Part shown: piece by piece, positions 9,668 to 19,430 of the stretch | Layout: each line of letters starts with the position of its first letter | Numbering within the stretch: position 1 is the first letter of the stretch | Source of the DNA: a virus | Length of the DNA: 64,000 nt | Virus record (IMG/VR): IMGVR_UViG_3300032194_000381 | Location: 3,677 to 67,676 of that record | Strand: one strand, 5' to 3' | Program-made: the position numbers and the translations under genes | The notes under the pieces: model-generated | The model's database searches: none | What the model saw: the letters and a program-made list of their open reading frames with translations, nothing else | Told to the model about the DNA's origin: nothing

Positions 9668-9705
9668 ATGTTTATCTATAACCTCTTTACTTTAGCTGTG
9701 TCTCA

Positions 9706-10362
9706 TCAAGAATCAGAATCCATAAAACCTTCTTCCATCAACCACTCACGGGTCAGGGGTGTGGGTTCATAAACATCCCACATCTTCTTATTGCTAGCAC
9801 ATACTCCTAAAGCATCTTTAGTTTTAGTTTCTGAATACATTGCCCACATTGCTTCAGCTTCAAAGGGCAAAACATTCTTGGAATAAGTACGTTCAGCGCC
9901 ACGACGAATCCAGTCAGGGACAGCCTCTTCAGCATGGATAAGTGCAGTGAAGGTATTGTCCATGGTCCCGGCCATACAATCCTGGGCTGCGTGCCAACCT
10001 TCATGACGAATCACCTGAATCAAGCGAGTCGGCTGATTCAGATAGTAGTCATTTAAAAAGAGATTGTTCCTACGAACGTCATAGACGCCCCTCATGTTGA
10101 ATGCAAAGTGCTTGCTTTCAGCCAGATACAAGGACGCACCAACAGCATTCAAGGAGCTGATAATCGAGTCGAGCTCCTCTCCAAAATCCTCAAACGCAGG
10201 GCCTAGGTCTTCCCAAGAGCTCACCTTAAGGACACCCTCTGTGCACTCACGGAGCATCAGGCATCCAAGTGAGTCAAAGCTTCTCCACTTGATCTTCTGC
10301 TCTGCTACTGCAGGGATACAGAAAGTAGCTGCTGCTAGTGCAGAAAGAAGGAGTCTTTTCAT
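9706..10362 (-). CDS. secreted zincin-like (HExxH) protein
   Basis: signal peptide MKRLLLSALAAA...AVA; RHEGWHAAQDC; downstream EAEA. Confidence 0.7.
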   Translation of the reverse strand: MKRLLLSALAAATFCIPAVAEQKIKWRSFDSLGCLMLRECTEGVLKVSSWEDLGPAFEDFGEELDSIISSLNAVGASLYLAESKHFAFNMRGVYDVRRNNLFLNDYYLNQPTRLIQVIRHEGWHAAQDCMAGTMDNTFTALIHAEEAVPDWIRRGAERTYSKNVLPFEAEAMWAMYSETKTKDALGVCASNKKMWDVYEPTPLTREWLMEEGFMDSDS

Positions 10363-10428
10363 AAGGGCGCCAGCAAAGTCTTGCTTACGCTCTTATTTTG
10401 ATAGGCAATTTTTAATCGCGCAACAATC

Positions 10429-10566
10429 TCAAACCTTTAGCTTTTCCACGTAAGCATTCAAGAACTCACGAGGAGTAAGCGTACCTTTCGAGACATCTAC
10501 ATCTCTCTTGAGAACCTGATCTACTTCAGGCTTCACTAACTCAGTATTAGGTCTTAAATCGTTCAT
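10429..10566 (-). CDS. small protein with EFLNAYV motif
   Basis: 45 aa, coupled to upstream stop. Confidence 0.5.
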   Translation of the reverse strand: MNDLRPNTELVKPEVDQVLKRDVDVSKGTLTPREFLNAYVEKLKV

Positions 10567-10784
10567 CATTTCTGACCCATCTTTCTTTTCTCTGCCTTGC
10601 TGACAGCCTTTCGTGCCTTCTTTGCACGCTCAGTGTTCTCCACGAACTGTTTGCCTTTACGGCTCTCACGCTTCTTCTTGTCGTCTGTCTTCTTACGCTC
10701 AGACTTAGACATTGCAGCCCACGCCTTCTCAGGCAGATAGCGCTCTGTTGATTTCTTACCGGGTTCGATCGCTTTATCGGCCAT
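10566..10784 (-). CDS. basic protein, C-terminal half of DUF5872-like family
   Basis: ERYLPEKAWAAMS...RKGKQFVENT. Confidence 0.65.
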   Translation of the reverse strand: MADKAIEPGKKSTERYLPEKAWAAMSKSERKKTDDKKKRESRKGKQFVENTERAKKARKAVSKAEKRKMGQK

Positions 10785-11125
10785 AAAAATATTCTAAACT
10801 AAACATATTGTTCGTAACAATACTCAGGCGTCCTGGCCCTATACAAGCGCAAGACATACCAGCGTGCGGAAGCGTTCTCCTTCTTTTGATAGAAGGGATC
10901 TTCATTCAGGCGCTCTACAGCCGCCCAATAATGATCACATGTCATCTCCCAAGTAGAAATAGGCCCTGACTGAAGCGCAAGATAAATTGCGACCAGAAGG
11001 CTCATTTATTTTCTTTTGCTTTCTTAAGCGTGTTGAGGATCACGCCAAGCTTCTTGGCTTGATTAGCATGCGTTCTCGAAGCCTTCTCAAGCTCACCGAT
11101 GATCGCGTCAATCTTTGAGTGGACT

Positions 11126-11377
11126 TCAGTCATCCTTCTTTTTCTCATACTCTTTTCGAGTCATCCACTTCTCTTTCCCCCAGCGTTTGAGGTCCTTCTG
11201 CTTTTCACTTTTGCCGCCTTTATATCCTCCGCCCTTCTCCTTATAAGCTTTGGCTAACATTTGAGCCTTACGTGCAGACCACTGACCAGGCTTGCCACCC
11301 TTGGAGCCAGCCATGATGCGATCTTTAATACGCTCACGAAGGCCGGGCTTCGTGTATTTGGAATCATCTTGTGCCAT
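11126..11377 (-). CDS. basic protein, N-terminal half of DUF5872-like family
   Basis: YTKPGLRERIK...GGKPGQWSARKAQ...GGGY. Confidence 0.7.
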   Translation of the reverse strand: MAQDDSKYTKPGLRERIKDRIMAGSKGGKPGQWSARKAQMLAKAYKEKGGGYKGGKSEKQKDLKRWGKEKWMTRKEYEKKKDD

Positions 11378-11403
11378 TCATTAATAATAAGTTAGGCACA
11401 CAC

Positions 11404-11433
11404 AAAAAAGCCCGGGCCATAAAGACCCAGGCT
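11404..11433 (-). terminator. intrinsic terminator after OMP gene
   Basis: AGCCTGGGTC-TTTAT-GGCCCGGGCT followed by T-run. Confidence 0.75.
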
Positions 11434-11451
11434 GATTGATTCCTGTGTGAG

Positions 11452-11811
11452 TCAGAAGGAGTACTTGACGCCTCCCTTTGCACCATAGCCATTCTCTGCT
11501 GCGGTGACCAGGGACAGCTCTCCGTAAACGCTGACAGATTCTGAAACAGCAACAGCACCACCGGCCTTACCGGAGAACTCGATGGCATCAGAGTCACCTG
11601 CATCCACAGCGGAATAAGCAGGGCCGCCCTGGATGTAGTAGGAAGCGGGGCCGTTGGAACCTTCCCAACCCACGTGCAGCTCGTGCAGAGCAGAGTTGTA
11701 ATCAGAACCGGTGTAGGAAAGGTTGGTTTCCCAGTTCAGATAGGGGCCAGCGAAGGCGGCGGGGGCAGAAGCCGCGAGGGCTGCAGCGGCTGCAAATAAT
11801 TTCTTAAGCAC
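11452..11811 (-). CDS. small outer-membrane beta-barrel protein (cyanophage/picocyanobacterial type)
   Basis: signal peptide ...APAAFA, alternating beta strands, C-terminal GVKYSF BAM signal; GTG start 11811. Confidence 0.8.
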   Translation of the reverse strand: MLKKLFAAAAALAASAPAAFAGPYLNWETNLSYTGSDYNSALHELHVGWEGSNGPASYYIQGGPAYSAVDAGDSDAIEFSGKAGGAVAVSESVSVYGELSLVTAAENGYGAKGGVKYSF

Positions 11812-11951
11812 AGTCTTTATAAAGAAATAAGACATCAAAAAATGTAGCGTCGCTTAATCAAAAATTCAGCTATAGACACTCAAAAAAGTGACATTTGTGT
11901 GAGTATTCCTACTTAGTTTTAAGGGGGTTTAGAGTTTTAAGAAGGAGGAAC

Positions 11952-12182
11952 ATGAAAATGAACCGATTTATTCCACCATTTATTGCATCTTTCCTTACAC
12001 TCGGTGTCGTTACACACGCACGACCTGCCGTGTCAGCAAGATTCATCTGCGACGCCAAGGACGAACTGATCGCGACTGTCTACAACGATCCTTTCTTCTC
12101 AGAACCACGCAATCACAAAAAGAGAGACCAGCTAATCATGAGGATCCTTCGCGCAGAAAACGTCTGCTCGAAAAGAGATTAG
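11952..12182 (+). CDS. small secreted protein
   Basis: signal-like FIPPFIASFLTLGVV; C...DPFF...C pattern shared with 10799-11005. Confidence 0.45.
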   Translation: MKMNRFIPPFIASFLTLGVVTHARPAVSARFICDAKDELIATVYNDPFFSEPRNHKKRDQLIMRILRAENVCSKRD

Positions 12183-12479
12183 CTGGCCTTATATTAAACA
12201 AACGGATGAAGAATCAAAATGGCGAAGGAATCTGACCACCAGTCTGATACGGACGATAAGAAAGAGTCCTGTAGCGTAAAACCAGTTGAGGGCGGTGGCG
12301 ATTGTTCCAATCAAGGCGATCAACCTCAGCCTGCTCCTCTTTGTAATAACGGTTGCCCCTGTAAGTTAGCTGAGTCATGAGAGTTCCTCTGAACTAACTT
12401 AATCCTACAAATTCAGTAACAATTAATACCGTTTACGTGGCAACACTTAACATTAAAAGAAGCTAAAGGTTTAGGGGTG

Positions 12480-12583
12480 CAACCTCACCGACGCTTTTCG
12501 GCAAGGTTGGTCAGTTTCCAGGTGTGAGAAACAGCAAAAATCACACCTCCCCGGGGCCTGCCGCTGTTCTTCTTCGGCCCTGG
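12480..12583 (+). ncRNA. candidate three-hairpin RNA with kissing loop
   Basis: stems CAACCT/AGGTTG, AGGTGTGA/TCACACCT, CCGGGGCC/GGCCCTGG; loops AACAGC and GCTGTT complementary. Confidence 0.5.
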
Positions 12584-12620
12584 ATGTATAATAGTGTTAT
12601 TAATCCTCAGCGCATGAACG

Positions 12621-12851
12621 GTGTTGTCGCTACCTCAGCCAAAACTTATAGGCTCTGTGTGCAGTGATTCCGGTTCACTCTCTGTTGTTGACCCGTGTCA
12701 TATCAAGACTTCCAGGGCTGGCAAAATTAGATTCCCTAATTACAACCTTTACACATCGTTTGAAACTGAGATCGGAGACGGTGAGTTCCCGGTCTACGAA
12801 ATGAGAGATCGCAACGGTAGACTTAAGTGCATCGTTATTAATATCGAATGA
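12621..12851 (+). CDS. hypothetical protein (DUF4241-like GDGxxPVY motif)
   Basis: VCSDSGSL...GDGEFPVY; TATAAT at 12587. Confidence 0.5.
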   Translation: MLSLPQPKLIGSVCSDSGSLSVVDPCHIKTSRAGKIRFPNYNLYTSFETEIGDGEFPVYEMRDRNGRLKCIVINIE

Positions 12852-12962
12852 AGTACGTTGATCCGGTCAAGAATCCGAACCTCTGGCTGGAAAAAACACT
12901 CCAAAAGATGATCGAGGACGGTAAGCCTGAAGACGTTCCGATCCTTAAAGACGCCATCCGAG

Positions 12963-13568
12963 TTATTGTTCACTGGCTTGAGCCAGGTCTAGTAGATCAG
13001 CTATTCGGTGAGTGGATCCAAAGCTACCTAAACGCTGTAAACGAACTAGAAAGCAGTCATAGTAACGTAGACCCCCCGTGTTCTCTAGAGGCTTCGGAGG
13101 AGTAACTCCGACAACATTTAGATACTTCCAAACGTGATCCGTCACGAATGGTGGTCGATGCCAATAGAACTCTTTAGCTTCAGGATCAGCAGCAAAGTCA
13201 AGGTGATTGCGACGCAACCAGTCGAACACTTTGTACTGTTTGGCTGGTGCTCCTGATGTGCAATCGATCACAAGGCAGTCTCCAGGGGCAAGGTTCCAAC
13301 GGAGTCGGCGTACTTCAGCGAAACCTTTGTTCAATGCTTTGATGCCGGAGCGACCGTGAAACTTACGATCAACTGAACGACGACGCTTGTTCTTTCTTCT
13401 GTGATACCAATCGTTCAGCTGACGTGGTGACTTACCGATAGCGAATCCAACATTCCATAACCAGTGACCGGGCGCAAATTCATGTAAGGGTTCTAAGAAA
13501 ACCTTACAAAGTTGTCCATCGACAAAAAATTTAGAGCTTGTAAACTTGCGGCGTACTCGATAGGACAT
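12963..13568 (-). CDS. hypothetical protein
   Basis: 201-aa ORF from ATG13568, W/F/R-rich. Confidence 0.55.
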   Translation of the reverse strand: MSYRVRRKFTSSKFFVDGQLCKVFLEPLHEFAPGHWLWNVGFAIGKSPRQLNDWYHRRKNKRRRSVDRKFHGRSGIKALNKGFAEVRRLRWNLAPGDCLVIDCTSGAPAKQYKVFDWLRRNHLDFAADPEAKEFYWHRPPFVTDHVWKYLNVVGVTPPKPLENTGGLRYYDCFLVRLQRLGSFGSTHRIADLLDLAQASEQ

Positions 13569-13569
13569 C

Positions 13570-13851
13570 GTGGAAGAACTTCTAAATATGATCCAAAGGG
13601 ATCCAGAGTTGTGGAACCTGATGGAACAGCTCAAGCATCAAGATGAAGAGCCTACCGATTTCATTCTGAATGTAGCTCAAATGTTAGCGATTGAGTTTGA
13701 AGATCTCCACCGCACGGATCTTAATGACAAGCTCGATGCCCTGTTCGGTGGCCTGCCTCCTAAAGCTTTCGAAATGGTTCCCCTGTTTCTTCACATTGCA
13801 CTTGACATCTTCATGATGCGGGCGGTGCCCAACAAGAATGCAGAGGGCTGA
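13570..13851 (+). CDS. hypothetical protein
   Basis: 93-aa ORF heading the polA operon. Confidence 0.6.
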   Translation: MEELLNMIQRDPELWNLMEQLKHQDEEPTDFILNVAQMLAIEFEDLHRTDLNDKLDALFGGLPPKAFEMVPLFLHIALDIFMMRAVPNKNAEG

Positions 13852-14091
13852 TCCATGAGAGCTGGATTTGTCTTCGCCGATTTCGACAACAGACACGTGC
13901 TCTGTTTCGAAGGCAACGGTGTTGAGCTCGTACCTGCTGATAGCTCAGGCGCACTGAACCGAGCAATCTGCCTGAGCAGTAGAACCGAGATGAAAAACAT
14001 TCAGGAAAAGCTTAAGGAGAAGGGATTGATCGACGATCTCTACATCATTAACATTGGTGCGCTGTATAAGCGAGTCTTCTGATCAAGTCTT

Positions 14092-15933
14092 ATGGCGAGA
14101 TATGTATGCGACGTGGAGACGAACGGACTGCTACCCGTACTGAATCGCGTACACTCTCTCGTGCTGCGAGATATTGATACTGGAGAGGCGATAAGTTGCT
14201 CGGAACATGGTAAGTATTTCCCGATACAATATGGCCTTGATTTGTTATCAAAAGCCGACTTACTTGTAGGACATAATTTTATTAATTTTGATTTACGAGC
14301 GATATCTAAGGTCTACCCTACATTTAAAATTAAAGAAAATTGTGATGTTCATGACACGCTAATTATCAGTCGTGTGTGGGCTCCAGAGATTGAAACAATT
14401 GATGAACAAAAGTACCCACACATTGAGCCTAAGTACAAAGGAAAGCACTCTTTAGCGTCTTGGGGTGAACGTCTCGGCGTTGAGAAGATTAAGTTCATCC
14501 AAGAATCTGGTCTCGCTGCTGAAGAAGTATGGGATCAGTGGTCTGAGTCAATGCAGGTTTATTGCGAACAAGATACTCTGGTCACGCTCCGACTGTGGGA
14601 ATACTTTCAAACGCAAGAAATCGATCCACGATGTTTCGAACTCGAACATGAGTTCGCTACCATCATGACAATGCAGGAGCAACATGGGTTCCACTTTAAT
14701 AGCCGAGCTGCTTTCGCGTTGGTCAACACACTTAAAACCAAGCGATCGGAAATTTACGATCAACTTCAAGAGGTGTTTCCGCCGATCGTCGAAGAGAGGT
14801 ACTCCACCAAAACAGGCAACCGACTCAAAGACAAAGTCATTCTATTTAATCCCGGTTCGCGTCAACAAACGGCACAGCGTTTACAGGAGCGTTACCCTGA
14901 AATTAGTTTCGACAGAACGGAGAAAGGGAATGAAAAAGTTGATGATGAAGTCCTTGAGAAACTTGGCGAAAAATACCCAGAAGCTAAACTACTGGGTGAG
15001 TACCAAATGCTCAACAAGCGCCTTGGGCAGATTGCTGAAGGTAAAGAAGCGTGGCTGAAACACAGCCAAGTTTATGAAGACGATCGTATCCACGGGACTG
15101 TAATCACCAACGCCTGTATCAGCGGGCGCTGCTCCCACCGACGTCCCAACATGGCGCAGATTCCGAGTGTAGGACATGCTTATGGAGCCGAATGTAGATC
15201 ACTATTTATTGCTCCTGTGGGGTGGATTCTTTGCGGTTGTGACGCTAGCGGCTTGGAGTTGCGTGGACTTGGCGCTATGTTGGCTCACTTTGACGACGGT
15301 GAGTACGCCAAGCTTGTGAGCACAGACGGATTCGACATCCACACTTACAACGCACAACTATTTGGTATCTTTGACGGAGAAGGTGAGATCTCTAAAAAGA
15401 CAAGAGATCTGTCGAAAAGATTAATTTATGCCCTACTTTATGGGGCAGGTTCAAAGAAAGTTGGCAGTGTGATTGACCCATCATTAGGTGAGTGGGCACA
15501 GGCTGATTTGGGTAAGAAAACGATCAACACCTTCTACAAAAACCTTCCGGCTATCAAGATGCTGAAGGACAAGATCGATGAAAGGATTACTCAGCGTGGT
15601 TACCTGACTGGGATCGATGGACGTCGTCTACAGATTCGCTCACGCCACTCCGCGCTTAATCAACTTCTTCAGTCGACTGGTGCGATCACCGTTAAGAAAG
15701 CAACCACTATTCTGTACGACGACCTGAAGGCAAAAGGGATGAAGTGGGGTGAGCACTTCGTATTTGTTGCTCACGTTCACGATGAAATTCAAGCTCTTGT
15801 AAGGCCCCAGTACAAAGAGATCTACAAAGAGCTTGCTATCGATTCCTTTCGGAAGTCAGGAGAGTACTTCAACCTTAAGTGTCCGATGACTGGAGAAGCC
15901 AAGTTCGGACGCAACTGGATGGAGACTCACTGA
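14092..15933 (+). CDS. polA: family A DNA polymerase with 3'-5' exonuclease (T7-like, Tyr762)
   Basis: DVETNG, GHNFINFD, YCEQD exo motifs; DASGLELR motif A, KRLIYALLYG motif B, HVHDE motif C. Confidence 0.95.
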   Translation: MARYVCDVETNGLLPVLNRVHSLVLRDIDTGEAISCSEHGKYFPIQYGLDLLSKADLLVGHNFINFDLRAISKVYPTFKIKENCDVHDTLIISRVWAPEIETIDEQKYPHIEPKYKGKHSLASWGERLGVEKIKFIQESGLAAEEVWDQWSESMQVYCEQDTLVTLRLWEYFQTQEIDPRCFELEHEFATIMTMQEQHGFHFNSRAAFALVNTLKTKRSEIYDQLQEVFPPIVEERYSTKTGNRLKDKVILFNPGSRQQTAQRLQERYPEISFDRTEKGNEKVDDEVLEKLGEKYPEAKLLGEYQMLNKRLGQIAEGKEAWLKHSQVYEDDRIHGTVITNACISGRCSHRRPNMAQIPSVGHAYGAECRSLFIAPVGWILCGCDASGLELRGLGAMLAHFDDGEYAKLVSTDGFDIHTYNAQLFGIFDGEGEISKKTRDLSKRLIYALLYGAGSKKVGSVIDPSLGEWAQADLGKKTINTFYKNLPAIKMLKDKIDERITQRGYLTGIDGRRLQIRSRHSALNQLLQSTGAITVKKATTILYDDLKAKGMKWGEHFVFVAHVHDEIQALVRPQYKEIYKELAIDSFRKSGEYFNLKCPMTGEAKFGRNWMETH

Positions 15934-16181
15934 AGTTCGGGATGTAAAGCGGACACTGATGCCTCGTAAGCAGCAATCACTGCAGGTGTCCACAGAGCTG
16001 CAGCAATTGCCTGAACTTCATCTGCTTCTCCAGTCACATCCTGACCAGGAACAACAAGGTGGCGGTGGTGGTTGCGTGCCAGCTCGACACCATCCTCTTC
16101 GACCACGGTAGTGGTGCGGATTTGGATGACTTGATTAGGCAGGATCTCTTCTTTAAGTTCAGTGCGCTTGGTGATAGCCAT
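15927..16181 (-). CDS. small fibre-associated protein
   Basis: IQIRTTTVVEEDGVELARNHHRH...VQAIAAALWT, typical partner of fibre genes. Confidence 0.65.
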   Translation of the reverse strand: MAITKRTELKEEILPNQVIQIRTTTVVEEDGVELARNHHRHLVVPGQDVTGEADEVQAIAAALWTPAVIAAYEASVSALHPELQ

Positions 16182-16242
16182 TAGGAACGTCCTCCAGACG
16201 AAACAGGTTTAGGCGTAGTTTTGAGCCGTTGCGGGCAAGATT

Positions 16243-16947
16243 TCAAATCCTATATGTAAGAGTACTTTGAAAACTAACCCCATTAGCAACTGTTCCGCTA
16301 TTGTCATAATTGAGAAGGACCATAGTTGTATTGCCTGCTGATAGCTGACACGTTGATAAATCTCCGGTAACGTTCTGCTCACGGGCAGCCCCACATTGCG
16401 TACCAAGGGCACTGCTCGCAGGGAAAGGAGCACCTGTTATATATAAGTAAGCACCAGCAGCGGTGCCCGCCGTTGTAACACCTGCTGTAAATTGAAGATG
16501 AACAACATTCCCAATCTTGGTGTATCTGCCACCAACAGTTCCGACCGTGGTAATCGTACCAGAAGATGACGAGACTCCAGGAGTCCAAGTGCCCTCCTCA
16601 TAATCGTCGAGAGCGTTTGTAGTAGCCGTGTCGCCGTTAAAAGAAATACCGCCGCCTGATTGGACTCTTAACTGCTCAGAAACACCGCTACTTGTAACAA
16701 TAAAAGAGGCGGTTGATGAGGCTCCAAAGTAACCTCGGACTGTACCCGCATCACTTAATTGAACTTTATTTGAATTGCTATTTGCGCTGTTAATTTCGAC
16801 AGGAACACCATTCCCTTCTACGTCTAACCTGGTGCTAGCAGTTGTCGTTCCGATGGCAACGTTACCAGAACTAGTGACAGTGATTGCATCGTCAGGTGCA
16901 GACGTGTTGCTAAAACCTTTCAGAAGTTGGGCGCGTGTTTGACTCAT
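16243..16947 (-). CDS. short tail fibre / receptor-binding protein
   Basis: GNVAIGTT repeat, NALDDYEEGTWTP, GRYTKIGNVV, GAPF. Confidence 0.75.
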   Translation of the reverse strand: MSQTRAQLLKGFSNTSAPDDAITVTSSGNVAIGTTTASTRLDVEGNGVPVEINSANSNSNKVQLSDAGTVRGYFGASSTASFIVTSSGVSEQLRVQSGGGISFNGDTATTNALDDYEEGTWTPGVSSSSGTITTVGTVGGRYTKIGNVVHLQFTAGVTTAGTAAGAYLYITGAPFPASSALGTQCGAAREQNVTGDLSTCQLSAGNTTMVLLNYDNSGTVANGVSFQSTLTYRI

Positions 16948-17204
16948 TTCTCTATTGCGGAATGTTTCTTAACACTTTTATATATGGCAATTCTATGCGG
17001 TCCAACTACAGTTTGTTGGCTCCTCTGAAGCACCATGAACTCAGACAAGCCCACCATCACACAGGGCGCTCTCGACAAATTCAGCTATCTCGATCTTGTC
17101 GAGATGCACGATGACCTCGAGGAATGGATGGAGGTCTGGCAAAACAGGCTGACCCAAATCCAAGAAGAAATCAAAAAACGTATCGAGGATAACCTTCTGA
17201 AGAA

Positions 17205-17663
17205 ATGAACATACTCACACAGGGCAAATGGGACGTCCGTTTCCTGAAGCTGGCCCACGAAGTCGCCAGCTGGAGTAAGGATCCCAGCACAAAAGTCGGA
17301 TGCGTACTTGTCAAGGACAAGAAAGTCGTCAGCCTTGGCTACAACGGTTTACCTGCAGGTGTCGAGGATTCTCTCGAGCGCCTCGGTAACCGTGAGATTA
17401 AGTACGAAATCACGGTTCATGCAGAAGTCAACGCTGTTACAACTGCTGCACTCCACGGGGTCAGTACTAATGGCGCTACTGCGTACGTCACTTTCCATCC
17501 ATGCAGTCGCTGTGCTGCTGTACTTATCAACGCTGGCATTTCGACCGTCGTTGTTTCAGCCCACACCATTAATGCTGACAGGTGGCTCGACAGTTTCCGC
17601 CTCGCCGCATCACTACTCAATGAGGCCGGAATCGGTCACGAGATTGTAGATCCTCAAATCTAA
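17205..17663 (+). CDS. dCMP deaminase (ComEB-like)
   Basis: SKDPSTKVG, GYNG, HAEVNA, PCSRC. Confidence 0.9.
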   Translation: MNILTQGKWDVRFLKLAHEVASWSKDPSTKVGCVLVKDKKVVSLGYNGLPAGVEDSLERLGNREIKYEITVHAEVNAVTTAALHGVSTNGATAYVTFHPCSRCAAVLINAGISTVVVSAHTINADRWLDSFRLAASLLNEAGIGHEIVDPQI

Positions 17664-18355
17664 TGAACATCCTCTCCGCAACAGCCAAGTTCGTCGGCAC
17701 CGCTCAAACCGAAAACGGTGTCCGATGCATGCACGTCGAGATCCAAACCATGGGCTCGAAAGCACTCCCCATCCCTGTCTATCTGATCCCAACCAGGGCA
17801 GCCGGTGACAGCTTCTGTCCTGATGCTTACGAGGCAGGCACAACCCTGATCTTCACTGGGCGAATGTACCCCAGCAAAAGCGATTACAAGATGTACATCG
17901 CTCCGACTACACCAATCCAGACTGTCCCTGGCGGCATCATGCTGAACCAAGTACAGGCCGCCGGTGGCGTTGGTTTCATCGCCGAAGAACGCCGGGAAGA
18001 TCTGTTCGGTTGCGGAATGCTGTGTAAAGCACCAGCGCAAAAGCTTCTGAACTTCAGCTGGGAAGATGATGTTCCTCTCCGCCTCGATGCATGGGGTGAT
18101 GACGCTACCCGCTTCAAAAAGTTCATCTACAAGGGTCGGCAGATCGCCATCGGGGGCAAGCTCCGCTACGAGTCATGGCAAGGGAAGGACGGCCCCCGAA
18201 GCGCTTACAAGGTGCAGATCCGGGGCGGTCAATACACTTTCTTCGGAAAGAACAACCCCGACAAAGCAGCTCCCAAGAAGGAGGAAGTGACTGCGAGTGC
18301 ACTCAAAACTGTGATCCCCCAACCCGTCCCTGGAGGGGATGAAATTCCGTTTTGA
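17663..18355 (+). CDS. ssb: single-stranded DNA-binding protein, tandem OB folds
   Basis: DAWG...KGRQIAIGGKL..ESW OB fold; C-terminal DEIPF tail. Confidence 0.8.
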   Translation: MNILSATAKFVGTAQTENGVRCMHVEIQTMGSKALPIPVYLIPTRAAGDSFCPDAYEAGTTLIFTGRMYPSKSDYKMYIAPTTPIQTVPGGIMLNQVQAAGGVGFIAEERREDLFGCGMLCKAPAQKLLNFSWEDDVPLRLDAWGDDATRFKKFIYKGRQIAIGGKLRYESWQGKDGPRSAYKVQIRGGQYTFFGKNNPDKAAPKKEEVTASALKTVIPQPVPGGDEIPF

Positions 18356-18404
18356 TTTTATGGCGCCGTTTTGGTACCGTCGCTAGCTTCATATCGAGAG
18401 GGAA

Positions 18405-18430
18405 GGCTCTGGGGAACCAGGGCTTTTTCT
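18405..18430 (+). terminator. intrinsic terminator
   Basis: GGCTCTGG-GGAA-CCAGGGCT then TTTT. Confidence 0.6.
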
Positions 18431-18451
18431 CTGTCCATACCGTTGAAACTT

Positions 18452-19390
18452 ATGTCAGTTCTTGACCGTTACCTGAACACTGAGAAGTACCAGGGTGTGA
18501 TGCGTGAACTCGCAATCGCACAGATCCTCAATGAAAAGACCAAGCCCGGTCTGTTCATCAAACAAAACGCTCTCGATCGTTGCGGTTTCACCGGCGACGC
18601 TGACGACTTCCCCAATGCGGAGGCCGACTACGAGCACGTCTTCAACACTGGAGACACCGAGAAGGGCATGTTCTTTAAGACCCCACGGATGCTGATCATC
18701 CACGGTGGCAACCCGAAGGACACCACCTTCATCGAGAACTCCAAAAACAAGGGTGAGATCGTCGGTATCTACCCGCAAGACAACTATCTCTACGACGACT
18801 GGGAAGAGAAGAACCCCGGTCAACCTTGTCCTTACAAGCGTCGCCGCCTGATCCTTATGTATCTGGTGGATGAGGACGGTGCGGCTGCACACAAAAAGCC
18901 GCTGATCCTGTCACTCCACGGTGGTGCATCACGCGAGTTCGTGTCTGCCTATGGGCGCTTCCTCGAGCAACTCGAAGGCGCATTCAGCGACAAGTACGAG
19001 CTCAAGAGCGCCACGGGCTTTGACCCCAAACAGGCTGCAGCTGCGATCTTCACCCCCACCTTCGGGACCGTGATGTACGGCGAGAAGCAGAAGTCTGCAA
19101 TCGCAGTGCCCAAGACCTGGAAGGAACCGACCGCCAAGAACCTCGAGGAGTTCTTCCCGAAGAAAGGCGAAGACATTGATTACATCGAGGATGTGCACGA
19201 AAGTGTGACCATGGAGGTCTACTGCGCCAAGTTCTTCAAGCAATGCGAAAAGGAGATTGGCATCAATGCTCTGGCACCAGGTGTCGACCTGACCAACCTG
19301 ACCCTGCCTGTGCCTGAGGGTTCAGGTGGCATCCGCGCCATGCTCGCCTCAAAAGACGAGACCGGGGCTATCGAAGGTGGACTGAAGTAA
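18452..19390 (+). CDS. DUF5895-like replication/recombination protein
   Basis: 312 aa after ssb; YLVDEDG..HKKPL.LSLHGGA..F pattern; family name recalled. Confidence 0.55.
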   Translation: MSVLDRYLNTEKYQGVMRELAIAQILNEKTKPGLFIKQNALDRCGFTGDADDFPNAEADYEHVFNTGDTEKGMFFKTPRMLIIHGGNPKDTTFIENSKNKGEIVGIYPQDNYLYDDWEEKNPGQPCPYKRRRLILMYLVDEDGAAAHKKPLILSLHGGASREFVSAYGRFLEQLEGAFSDKYELKSATGFDPKQAAAAIFTPTFGTVMYGEKQKSAIAVPKTWKEPTAKNLEEFFPKKGEDIDYIEDVHESVTMEVYCAKFFKQCEKEIGINALAPGVDLTNLTLPVPEGSGGIRAMLASKDETGAIEGGLK

Positions 19391-19430
19391 CCTTTTTCTG
19401 GAATCCTTAACAGATTCTCTTACATACTGT

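Noticed and set aside
14092-15933. Intein/intron or Z-genome-type polymerase
   Set aside because: Continuous compact PolA with standard motifs; no purZ/datZ-like gene recognised in this window
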